From the NCBI GenBank assembly GCA_041661425.1, contig JBAZUI010000003.1:10446-74445 (forward strand): DNA of 64,000 nucleotides, written 5' to 3'. Below the pieces are notes generated by a model, which was given only the letters and a program-made list of their open reading frames with translations, had not been told where the DNA came from and did not search any database. This stretch comes from Patescibacteria group bacterium. Lineage in GTDB: Bacteria > Patescibacteriota > Patescibacteriia > UBA9934. Shown here one piece after another: positions 1 to 11,600 of this stretch. Position 1 is the first letter of the stretch, and every line of letters begins with the position of its first letter. The position numbers were made by a program, and so were the translations under genes.

Positions 1-27
1 CTCTTTAGGCAGTTAGCCGTTCGGATT

Positions 28-786
28 ATGTCCAAATACTATACCCCTCAACGAAAGACAAAAATGTACACGCCCGGGGCAAAGAAGCCCTTTGCGCTTT
101 CGCGTTCGAAAATTGATTTATTTTTGGAATGTCCTCGTTGTTTTTATCTGGATCGTCGCCTGGGCATTGGGCGTCCAAAAGGATTTCCATTTAATTTAAA
201 CAAAGCCGTTGACGTGCTCTTGAAAAAAGAATTTGATATTCATCGTGCGAAAGGCGAGGCGCATCCACTCATCAAAAAATACGGCGTTGACGCGATTCCC
301 GTCGCGCATGCGGAGCTTGATATTTGGCGTGAGAATTTCAAAGGGGTACGATTTTTGCATGAGGAAACGAATTTTGAATTAACGGGCGCGATCGATGACC
401 TGTGGCAGAACTCGAGTGGCGAATACATCGTGGTTGATTATAAAGCAACGTCCAAGGATCAGAAGATCGAAACACTCGGTGAAGATCGGCAAATTGGGTA
501 TAAGCGACAGATGGAATTTTATCAGTGGCTTTTACGTCGTCGTGGGCTCACGGTTTCCGACACCGGTTATTTTGTGTACTGCAATGGTCGAAAGGATGCA
601 AAAGCGTTTGATGGCAAGCTGGAATTTGATATTGCACTCATTGCCTATCGGGGCGATGATTCATGGGTGGAAAAGACGATCAAAAAAGCGCATACCTGTT
701 TGAATGGGAAAAAGATTCCCGTTGCCAGCAAGGATTGTGATTATTGTCGTTATATTGAGGCGGTGAATGGAAAGACGAATCGGTAG
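28..786 (+). CDS. PD-(D/E)XK nuclease, RecB/Cas4-like, with four-Cys cluster (orphan; no CRISPR nearby)
   Basis: N-terminal LECPRCFYLDRR motif (Cas4-like CPR-x-y-L) with CxxC. D...EYIVVDYK reads as nuclease motifs II/III. C-terminal DCDYCRY CxxC. Confidence 0.5.
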   Translation: MSKYYTPQRKTKMYTPGAKKPFALSRSKIDLFLECPRCFYLDRRLGIGRPKGFPFNLNKAVDVLLKKEFDIHRAKGEAHPLIKKYGVDAIPVAHAELDIWRENFKGVRFLHEETNFELTGAIDDLWQNSSGEYIVVDYKATSKDQKIETLGEDRQIGYKRQMEFYQWLLRRRGLTVSDTGYFVYCNGRKDAKAFDGKLEFDIALIAYRGDDSWVEKTIKKAHTCLNGKKIPVASKDCDYCRYIEAVNGKTNR

Positions 787-826
787 GGGCGACCGGCCGC
801 CTGCCTGCCGGTAGGCAAGGTCGCCC
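786..826. terminator. GC-rich palindrome GGGGCGACCGG...GGTCGCCC after the nuclease gene
   Basis: Perfect 8-bp outer stem seen in sequence. Same motif family recurs at 48.85 kb and 54.30 kb. Confidence 0.4.
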
Positions 827-905
827 TTGCGAGAATGAATTTTTCGTCCACAGTCGCATAGCGAATCGCTATGCGATTTTGATATAATGATTGTCATAAC
901 GGTTA

Positions 906-2630
906 GTGCTTGTGTTACATCAAAAAGGAAGGAATCAAGCGGTTGTGAGGACAATTTTTGGCGGGTTGAGCGTCAGTCTGCTGGCGGCTCCTGTTTTTGT
1001 TTTCGCACAAGACAGTTTAACGACCGTTGGCGAAACCGCCGGGATGGGTGGCGCGGATCTCATGACGATCATCGGGCGAATTATTGGCGTTTTTCTTGCC
1101 ATGCTCGGCGTGATCTTTTTGGGGCTCGTTCTCTACGCGGGGTTCTTGTGGATGACTTCAAAGGGAGAAGAGCAACAAATTCTCAAAGCAAAAAAAATGC
1201 TCATCAATGCCGTGATCGGACTCATGATTACGCTTGGCGCATACGGCATCACGAGTTTTGTTTTTGGAATGCTCACGGGTCATGGACTGTGGAACACCGG
1301 TGATGGGACTGGAACGGAAGATGACGGCGGAGTGTCAACGGAACGTCTTTCCGGGTCATTGGGCTCTGGCGGGATTGTTGATCACTACCCCGAACGTGGA
1401 GCGACCGATGTGGCGCGCAATACAAAAATTTTTGTGACGTTTCGCAATGCTATCAATACGGACGGTATCATGGATGCTGATGGAAAGCTCAACGATGGGA
1501 ACGTCGATATTTATCCAACTGCCGATGGGGAAGGGAGCGCTTTTGCCGGGGAAGAGGTGAGCGTTTCCGTGACCGAAGATTTGAAAACATTTATTTTTAC
1601 TCCTCCCACACTTGGATCGCCAACGGACGATGTTAAATATACCGTGGCTCTTTCCGATAATATCAAAGATGTTGATGGCGATAAGGTTTTGAACTCCGGT
1701 GGGTATGAATGGTTTTTTACCACAGGGACGGTGCTTGATTTGGATCCGCCAACCATCACGTCGGTTCAACCGAAGGCCGGGAAGAGCTATGCGCGAAATA
1801 TTGTTGTGGAAGTTAATTTTGATGAACCGATCGACCCAACGTCTTCCACGGGAACCTATCTTGCGTCTGACGCAACCAAACAATTTTCATCCATTCATGT
1901 TGCCGGCACAACCGGTGATTGGGTCGAGGGAGAATATGTCATGAGCAACGGCTATCAGACCATTACATTTATTACGAATGAAGTCTGTGGCACGAATTCC
2001 TGCGGCGATACGCTTTATTGTCTTCCGGGTGGAGAATTAATCGCAACAACCGTTGTGGCGGCCACCCCTGGGGCATCAGCTCCGCAGGTGGATGTCTACC
2101 CGGCAAATGGAATCGTTGATGTGGCGGGGAATGCGCTTGATGGAAATAATGATGGCACGGCCGGTGATAACTATGATTGGAGTTTTAATACCACGAATGA
2201 CATCGAACTCACGGCTCCAACCGTTTCTTCCATCTCTCCAACGATTCTTGGGGAGAATGTGGCGCTTGATCAACCGGTAACAGTCACGTTCTCCGATCTC
2301 ATGATGACTTCCACGCTCATTTCCGGAAATCTTGCGATCACGCCAAATCCCACGCATGAACTTTGGTATACGGTTCGAAGCACAGAAAAAAATGTGAGTG
2401 GGGAAGATGTCACTGAGTCCACCATGAGCCACGGAGTGTTTTTGACTTCAACCGATACAACAACCTATGTGTATCAAACAGATATTTCCAGTGTGAAGAA
2501 TCAATATCAAAATTGCTTCAATCCGGCAGATGGCCCGGGAAAAGTATCTGCCATGTGCGGAACGTCCGCGGCTTTGCCGTATTGTTGCAATGGGGTCGCC
2601 TCGGCCGCAATTTGTAATTTCTTTCAATAA
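906..2630 (+). CDS. Secreted/membrane surface protein with N-terminal VirB2/TrbC-like (CPR T4SS-pilin-like) two-helix module and Ig-like C-terminal region
   Basis: Signal peptide ends ...VFVFAQ. Two long hydrophobic helices are separated by a KGEEQQILKAKKMLINA loop, as in the next gene. Rest is beta-rich Thr/Asp-rich with a Cys-rich C-terminus. Confidence 0.6.
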   Translation: MLVLHQKGRNQAVVRTIFGGLSVSLLAAPVFVFAQDSLTTVGETAGMGGADLMTIIGRIIGVFLAMLGVIFLGLVLYAGFLWMTSKGEEQQILKAKKMLINAVIGLMITLGAYGITSFVFGMLTGHGLWNTGDGTGTEDDGGVSTERLSGSLGSGGIVDHYPERGATDVARNTKIFVTFRNAINTDGIMDADGKLNDGNVDIYPTADGEGSAFAGEEVSVSVTEDLKTFIFTPPTLGSPTDDVKYTVALSDNIKDVDGDKVLNSGGYEWFFTTGTVLDLDPPTITSVQPKAGKSYARNIVVEVNFDEPIDPTSSTGTYLASDATKQFSSIHVAGTTGDWVEGEYVMSNGYQTITFITNEVCGTNSCGDTLYCLPGGELIATTVVAATPGASAPQVDVYPANGIVDVAGNALDGNNDGTAGDNYDWSFNTTNDIELTAPTVSSISPTILGENVALDQPVTVTFSDLMMTSTLISGNLAITPNPTHELWYTVRSTEKNVSGEDVTESTMSHGVFLTSTDTTTYVYQTDISSVKNQYQNCFNPADGPGKVSAMCGTSAALPYCCNGVASAAICNFFQ

Positions 2631-2631
2631 C

Positions 2632-5600
2632 ATGCAACGCTTTTTTCTTTCATTGTTCATGGCATTCACCTTGCTCACGGGCGCAGGGGTCTTTCAGGTT
2701 TCTCATGTGTACGCCCAGACCGAGAGTCTCGAGACCGTTGGGGAAACCGCCGGGTTGAGTGCTGAGGATCCGAAAGTAATTATCGGGCGCATTATTCGAA
2801 CTGGACTCGGGGTGTTGGGGATCATTGCCACCTTAATTGTGCTCTACGGTGGCTGGCGATACATGACAGCGGGTGGGGATGCCGACAAAGTCGATAAAGC
2901 GAAAAAAATTCTCATCAACGGGGGAATCGGGCTTGTGATCATTCTCGCCTCGTATGCGATTACATCATTTGTTATTTCATCGCTTCTTAATGCGAGCGAC
3001 GGCGGAGGTGGGGGTGGCGGAGGTGGAGGTGATGGGGGAGGAGGACTTGGTGGAGGAAATGTTGCCACGTTTACCGTGACGAGTATTCGACCAAGCGGCG
3101 AAGTCTCGATTCGAAATATCAAAGTGACGGCAACACTGAGTCGAACGCTTTCCGCAACGCTTCCGGCCGATGCCATCCTTATTGCCAATGAGTCTGGTGA
3201 TCTTGTAGAGGGAACCATTGTCGCCGAAGGAAATTCTCTGACGTTTACTCCGATTGAATTTTGCCCAACGCCAAATGACGATCTCTTTTGTTTTGAAGAA
3301 AATACCACCTATACCGTGACCATCTCGAGTGATCTTGAAAGTTCAACTGGCACGAGTATCACTTGCGGCACGAATTGTTCGGGGACATTTACTTCCGGGA
3401 GTCTTGTGGATACGGAAGATCCTTTTGTGAGCATCACCTACCCCGATGATGGTGCGCGCATTCCGTATAGTCTTGGAGCCTCTATGATTCAGGCGGAAGC
3501 AACAGATGATTCGGAAATCTCAACAATTAGCTTTTACGAAAATGATTCTTTGTATGATGTTGTCCCGGCAAGCGGGCTCGACCTTTCCGACGTCCTTCTT
3601 TCAATGAATTGGGAGTGGTCATCGAGTCTTGCGGAAAATGCGACCGTGGCACTTAAAGCAATCGCGACCGATCTCGCGGGAAACACGGATAGTGATCGCA
3701 TTTCCGTACGCTTGAACCCGGCACATTGTTATAACGATGTACTCGACGCTGATTCAGGAGAAACATCTGTGGATTGCGGTGGCGATTGCGGGACTTGTGA
3801 CGGCGATGCGTGTACCGCGAATCTTGATTGCGCGAGCGGGGTTTGCATAGAAGGATTTTGCGTGGTTCCCCCGGTTATTACTTCTTTTACACCAACTGAT
3901 GCTGGTTTCGGGAGTTTTGTGACCATCACAGGAACTGGATTTGGACGGTCGGGAACGGTTTCATTTACGGGAGCAGATGGATCTCTTTTGACAGCGCAAA
4001 TCGCTTCATGCAGTGATGGGTGGAGCAGTGAGGAATTGGTTGTCGTGGTTCCGGAAGGAGTGAGTGACGGGCCTCTCACGCTGGTGGTTGGTGGTCTCAC
4101 CGAGAAAACGGATGATGAAAACGGTCCTCTTCTCGCGGATTTTACGATTGATTCAGAACCAACCGTGAGTCTGTGTCGGTTGAGTCCATCAAGCGGATAC
4201 GCGGGATCGACATTGACCATTACCGGACAAAATTTCGGAACACAAATTGATACATCGAGCGTTTTATTTGATGGTGTCACTCCGGCCACGATCAAGAGTT
4301 GGAAAGCGGATTCGATTCAGGTGACCGTTCCTTCTCTTGCGGGTAAGTCTTATGCGGTGACCGTGGTGAACGCGAATCTTTCCAATGCGCTTTCATTCGA
4401 TTTAAAAGCGGCATCGAGTTGGGAATCAACAGAAGCCATGCCAGTCATGAGCGCGATCACGCCAACGAGTGGTGGAAAAAATCAGTACCTCACGATTTCA
4501 GGATCAAATTTTGGATCATCGATTGGTGTGGTGTGGTTTGAAAATCCGACAAGTGGATACACGGCCATGGGAAGTGCAGATTTTCCGGAAGCCTGCAGTA
4601 CGACGTTCTGGAGCGATGATGAAATTACGATCATGGTGCCGGAGAGCTACATCAATGATGAATCGATTGCGATATCGGAACATACGGTCTTTGTGGCACG
4701 CCAAGATGGAAAAGAATCAAATAGCATTGATTTTACGATCACAACCGCCAATCCAACGCCGGGAATTTGTGGAATCGTGCCGGAAGAGGGAGCTCCGGGG
4801 ACGAGTGTGGTGATTTACGGGGATGGGTTTGGTGCGGGTGAAGGAGATATCCGTTTTTACAATGAAGCGCGAGCGAATTTTTCATCGTGGAACGATTCGG
4901 AAATCGTCACCGCAACTCCCGCGGCCGCTAAAAGTGGACCGGTGACGGTGATTGATGAAAATAGCGTAAAAAGTAATGGCGCGAACTTTTTGATTACCGG
5001 TTCCTCAGATCTTGACCCGGTTATTCCATTTATTCCAAAATACAGTTGGATTTTTTCCACTGGAAATATTCCTTTAGCACCGGAACCGATATTCGCTTGT
5101 TCGGAAACGCAAATCAGTGGCGTGCCGAATAAAGATTTCTCAAGCAATATTTGTCTCAACGCGAGTCTCTATGTGGAATTCACCATGCCGATGTCGACGA
5201 TCACGACCGATGGGTTTGTGGTTGAGGCATGTGAAACGAGTACGTGTAAAAATACCACTGTCGTTGAGGGAATGATCAATCAAGTCTCCTCAACGTCCGT
5301 TTATTTCTATCCGGATGAATTGTTACCCTCAACAACGTATCGCGTCACGCTCACAACGGATTCGCAATCAACAGATGGGGTGCCGCTCGGAAATGACGTG
5401 AGCTGGACGTTTACGACCGGAACTTCTGGAACGCAATGCCTTGTTGAAAAGATGTATGTGAGTCCGGAAACAATCACGGTGAATGCAATTGGCTCGACCG
5501 GTCAATTTAATGGGGTACCGGCAACGGCGGATTGTGTGCCGCTTGACTCACCATCTTATCTTTACACCTGGACCATTAATGAATCCTATGCTTCGAAAGG

Positions 5601-8600
5601 AAGCTGTAGCCCGAGCGCAAGTTCCTGTATGAAAGCAACAGCTTTGGCGGAAGGAACTGCGGCGGTGACGGTTAAGGAATCAGCGTCCGGTGTGAGTGGT
5701 GCTGGGAGTTTTGTCATTGATTTTACCGATCCGGAAGTGACAGCGTATTGGCCAAATTGTACCGAGGCGTGCGTGAACAGTGCCATTGGCGCCCGTTTTA
5801 ATACATCCATGGATAATTCTCTCGAGGACGCGGGAATGGTGACGCTCTCGAAATGTGAAAATGAACTTTGTGCCAATCTTGATGCCGGTGATTTGGTTTC
5901 GGCGGGTGTCGTTTGTGTGGCTGGAGCTGATGGAACGCCCTGTGTGGAAATGGCGCTCTCGCCTCTCACGACACTTGCCGCGAACACCTATTATAAAGTG
6001 ATGATTTCAGGGGAGATTGCGTCTTTGAGCGGGGTGACGCTTACCAAAACAAATGACGGCGAGGACTTCTCGTGGATTTTCGCAACCAAGAATGATGGAA
6101 CGCTTTGCTCGATTGATCGTGCGAGCGTGGAACCAGCAGAGGCACTTCTCAATGCGGTCGGTGAACGTCAATCCTTCTCGGTTTCGGCCTATGGAGAACC
6201 GGATGAATGTTCTGTGGCCGGTCAGGAATTGGTGGCAAGTGATTATGCGTGGGTGTGGGAAAATCCAATCATCAACGATCTTGATGTGGCGGCGTGGAAG
6301 ACGGTTGGCGGAGCGCTCTTTGATGCGGATGCGAGCTCAGTCTCGGGATGCACGAGTTCTTGCATGGCCTCAGGAAGTGATTCTTATGACGCGGTCTGCG
6401 CGAATGGTGCGCTTGAAGTTGGAGAAGAATGCGAGGATGGAAATCTCACGGAAGGGGATGGATGCTCGGCTCATTGTTTGCGTGAAGGAAAAGGCGGGGG
6501 AGGATCGTGTGGGGACGGGACGCTCAATCGCAGTGCAAGCGGTGCCGGGGAAGATTGTGATGACGGCAATACGAAGAGTGGCGATGGATGTTCCTCAACC
6601 TGTCTCAATGAAGGAGCAAATGCCGTTGCAGGAACGTGTGGAAATACAAGTATCGCTTATGCGGAAAATCAGGGAGGAGAGGATTGTGATGACGGAAATA
6701 AAAAGAGCGGTGATGGATGTTCGTCGAATTGTGTCAACGAAGGCTCACGAAGTTATGCGGAACTTTTTGCGGTTTGCGGCGATGGCGCGGTGACGGTTCC
6801 GTATGAATCCTGTGACGATGGAAATGGGCTAAACGAGGATGGATGTTCTTCTTCCTGCGTACGTGAAGGAACAATTGTTGGAATGACGTGTGGCAATGGA
6901 GCCGTTGAGAGACTCTCTTCAAATGCCGGGGAAGATTGTGATGACGGCAATACCGTCGATGGCGATGGCTGTTCCTCGCAGTGTACGTTTGAAGGTTCCT
7001 CCTCTTCTTATGTGACTCCTTCTGTTTGCGGCGATGGGCATGCGGGAATTGGTGAGGATTTCAATTGTGAGTTATTGGCTTCAGGTGATGGCAATATTGA
7101 TCCGATCCAGGATGCAGAAATCATGAACACCGCGGTCGACTTGGTTGATACGGAAACGCAACGTGCAACCGCCACGATTCGTGTGAAGGAACTAACTTCG
7201 AGCGTTGGAAGCGCATCAACTCTTTCGCTTTCCTGCGTGGCAGAAACAGCCGAGGATTGCCCCAGTGCTTCGCTTTATGGCGTTTCAGAAAATGGATGTT
7301 GTCTTCCGCGACCAACCGCGACGCTCATGCCAAACAGCAATGACGTTTGTTTGAACGCGTCGGTCTATGCCATTTTCTCGCAAGAAATGGATTTGGCCTC
7401 ATTTACCGATCGTGTCTATCTTCAACTCGATACCACGGTGATTGGAACCTGTCCAACCTCAAGCGGATACGAAGTTTACACTCCATCCACCACAACCGCT
7501 TCGAGCTTCATTCAAAAAGTTTTTTCTTTTGTTGTCTCGTCCATGTTTGCCCAATCAACCGGACCCTGTATTCTCCCGATTGTCTCTTCTTCGCAGGAAG
7601 CATTGACCGACGGCTCCTACAAAGTGACATTCAGAGTTGAGCATCCTCTCTATCCGGAGACCCAACATATGCTCGTCATTTTTGGGGATCAGACGAGTCG
7701 CGATCTGTCATTGCTTGTTGGTGGGTTGTCATTATCAGGTTCAACCGATTCGACAAGTGAGTGGTTGGGTGTTGTAGATAGTCATGGGATTGGGCTCTAT
7801 CTTACGACCGTTCAAACATTTACCACGACTGATTCCATGTGTCGGCTCGATGAAGTGATTATCACAGACTCTGCTGATGCGCCGGGCATGTTTACCTCTG
7901 CCAATGAATCGCATGATTTTTCAGCCGATGCCTATTCGTATCAAACCGGTTCGCGTCAAGAAATCGCTTCATTGCCCGGTGTTTACGCCTGGAAGTGGGA
8001 TCCTTGGCAGAGTTCGGATTCAACGATCGCTGTTATTGATTCTTCGAGCGAGGATACAGCCGTGATTTCTTCTTTGGAAACAAGCGGATCGTCAACGATT
8101 ATCGCTTCGGCGGCCGTGACCGAAGATGCGGTGGGAACCGATGAAACCGATGCGCTCACACGCTCGGATGATTATCAGGTTGAAGTGAGCATCTGCAATA
8201 TGCCATGGCCGGATTATGCCAACTATCCATTTATCGACGATGCCACCGGGACCGTTGATGGGACAAAGAAAGGCATTGCTTGGATGAATTTCTCTACGCA
8301 TTATTGTCGCGATGCAGGACTCCCCAGCGTGAGCGTGATTGCCCCGCCTGAGACAAAATCAGAAAATGTCATCAAAGAGTATCTTTTGAAAGTCGATGAT
8401 GGATCAGGGGATGCCATTGGTCTTCGTATTGCAAGTAATGAGGATTATCTTCCACCGGAGTTGTGGTATCGCGCTCAAGGATTTGCCGGCAGTCCAAGCA
8501 ATGAAAACGTGGATGGATTTGAAGCGGTTCGTGATGGGCGCACGGTTTATATTTCCGCGCCAAACTATGTTGCGGCGCTCAGTGCAGATAAAAGGAAATC

Positions 8601-11600
8601 GACTGTCAGCGCTCTTTATCCGAATATCTACATTCTTTCTTACAATGAAGGGGCGAGTGATGATACCATTGAAATTTTTAATCAAATCGTTGCCAATCTT
8701 TCGCTCATGACCAATGTTTCTTCCGCGGGTTTCTGTACCATTGTCAATAACAAATGGACCATTGGGGGCGCCTATACCACAACCACCTGTTCCTCGGATT
8801 TTGATTGTGGCGTTGGTGAGACTTGTGGGGATGTGCGTTCAAAAATTCAACGTGATGCCGCGCGCCTTACGGATCTTCGCACAATTGAAAATGCCTTAGC
8901 CGTCTACGGGGCAAGCAACGGCACTTGCTCGGCCACGACTTCACAACGTTGTACCAAATCAAGCGATTGCCCGACCGATGAATCATGTACGCCGTCGTAT
9001 CCGCAACTTGAGAGCGGAACGTACGTTCGGAGCCTTGTTGTGAGTTCATGGTCATCGTGGAATGAAGCGTTTGGAAAAACATTAGGTACCACTCTTCCGC
9101 TCGATCCAATCAATGAAGCTCCGGCTTGCGGAGTGGCGGATTCTTCTTTTGAGTCCTATGAAGCCGATACGTGCGTGAACACGACGACTGGTGCGTATCT
9201 TTGTCCTCTCAATTCCTATGCGTATCACTATCGTTCACTCGGCCCAAATGATTTTGATCTTACGGCTGAACTTGAATATCGTCTGGCGGATTGGGTCTAT
9301 GATATTGATACCTCCACGACGTATGATTTGATCGTTGGCGGGAATACCAGCACAAAAGTGGAAGGGTTTACCGGTGGAACGGCTTATTGCGATTCCTCAA
9401 CGGTCTATGGAAGCTCTTCGAGTTGCGGAGACGGTATTGTTGGCTCTGGAGAGACGTGTGAACTCGGTGAGGTGGGTCCATTGGTGAGCTGCACGGATAG
9501 TGCCGGGTTCTCGGGAACTTCGACACAAGTGTGTAACGCAACCTGCAAGGGGTGGACCTTGCCGACCGGTGCCACGTGTACGGCGTATTCCTGTGGAAAT
9601 GGACTTGTGGAATCGGGAGAAATTTGCGATGACGGTTCGCTCAATGGCACGTATGGTTTTTGCGGGTACGATTGCACGTATGGTTCTGGATTCTCTTGCG
9701 GTGATGGTTCGCTCGCAAGCGGAGAATTCTGTGATTGTGGATCCGCGACATCAAGCGGACGCACATACGGCGGGGGATTGTGTACCACGTACGGCGTTTT
9801 GAATGGGTCGTACCAAACAAATCCGGCGAATTCTTGTTCTTGGGATTGTACGGGCCCGGCGAGTTATTGCGGTGACGGTGCGGTTGACTCTGGTGAGGAA
9901 TGCGATGGGAATGTTGAAACCTATTCCGGACTTCTTTGTCGGCAAGGAATAACAAATATTGGAAGGACACAATCATCGAATGTCGGGAAAACATGTTTAC
10001 AAGATTCTGATTGTGGCACATTGGGTCGGTGTGGTGGAGTGGGGTCAGAACCGGTTTATGATGCTTGCCCAAACACAACGGTGTGTCTTTTGGGAGACGT
10101 AAATCTTCTTGGCTCGGCCTGTACCGTTGATAGCGATTGCGACAGCGTCGAAGGGGATGATGGCGTGTGTTCCGATGACGCGTTCCAAACAACACGAACC
10201 CGTACGTGTGCGGATGATGGCGCGAGCGGTGATGCGTGCACATGGGAAAGTCAATGGATGGATTTGGGGTGCAAGGCAGAAGTTCTTTGTGGAAATGGAG
10301 TGGTCGATAGTGGCGAAGCGTGCGACGATGGCAATGATTCCAATACTGATGACTGCACCGTGCAATGTACAAACAATTATTGCGGCGATGGCTATCTTTA
10401 CGAAAGTGTAGAGGAGTGTGATGAAGGATCATTGAACGGTGTTTCTTGTTCCTCAGCCTATGAAGCCGGGTGTTCCTATTGTTCGGAATCTTGTCTTTCG
10501 GTTGCGGAGAGCGGAACGTTCTGTGGTGATGGTGTCCGAAACGGAGGAGAGTATTGTGATGCCGGCGATATGCCTTACCTTTATGTGAACAACGATGGAT
10601 CGTTTAACGGAACGTGTGAATCAAGTGAGAAGGGCGAGAGCACGAGTGATGGTACGAGCACGTATTATTGTGCAAATGTTGGGGTCTGCGACGGAGGATC
10701 AGAGCAGGGAGATGTCTGCATCGCCTTTAGCACCGTCGCCATAGACTCGCTTTCCGTAGTGCTCTCAGATCTTTCTTCCTGCCCTGGTGGCACCTGTGTT
10801 TATCCATCATGTTCTCCAACGTGTGAGAGCAGCTGTCCGTTTACCAATGAATCAACGTCCATTCTCATGACCACGAATACGGATCGGACTAATCCGGTCG
10901 AGGAGATCTCGCTCGAGACCTACGGCATGCTCTCGGTTGATCGTGATGCGGGAACCATCATTCCAACCGCAGGAACACTTATGATGCCGGCATGCTCGAG
11001 CGCGAACAGTTTGCGCGCCAAGGTTTCATTTGAAGATTTTACTCGTCCACAAAATTATCTTGTTTTCGTTACGGATCTCTCTGCCTCCATGGCAACGACA
11101 TTCGAGAGCGGCGAGACTCGGCTCGAGGTGACAGAAGAGAGTATTCTTACTGCCGGAAAATCCCTCTTTAATGCATTAGGAGAAATGATTCGCGTGAGCA
11201 CGGTTGGGTATCAAGGTGGGAATGTTTATCTTCCCGGCGATGTTATTTCTGGCTATTCCGCGGGTGATGGGTTTATCAGCTCAGAAGCCTACGATGATCT
11301 CGCAACTGTTATTGCCTCTTATAGTCCCGGGGGCGGAACAAATACCTTCGGTGGTCTAGAGGCGGCAAAGAATCTTCTCGATGGAATCTCCGATGAAAAT
11401 ACACGAAAGATGGTCGTGCTCATGACAGATGGAGATTACACGGAAATTTACGGAGATCCCATGTATATGGCGTGTGTTCTTAAGGACGATGGGATTGAGT
11501 TATTTACAGCAACATTAGCGTCGGGGACACAGAGTACACTCAGCTCCGATGGGAATGAATGCGAAAAATATAAGAATAGCGATGGGACGTATATGAGCTA

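Noticed and set aside
2844-3308. 154-aa minus-strand ORF with poly-Pro
   Set aside because: Mirror of the poly-Gly tract inside the giant adhesin gene.
9641-10432. 263-aa His/Arg-rich minus-strand ORF
   Set aside because: Antisense to the cysteine-rich repeat region of the giant gene (Cys codons read as His/Arg on the opposite strand).
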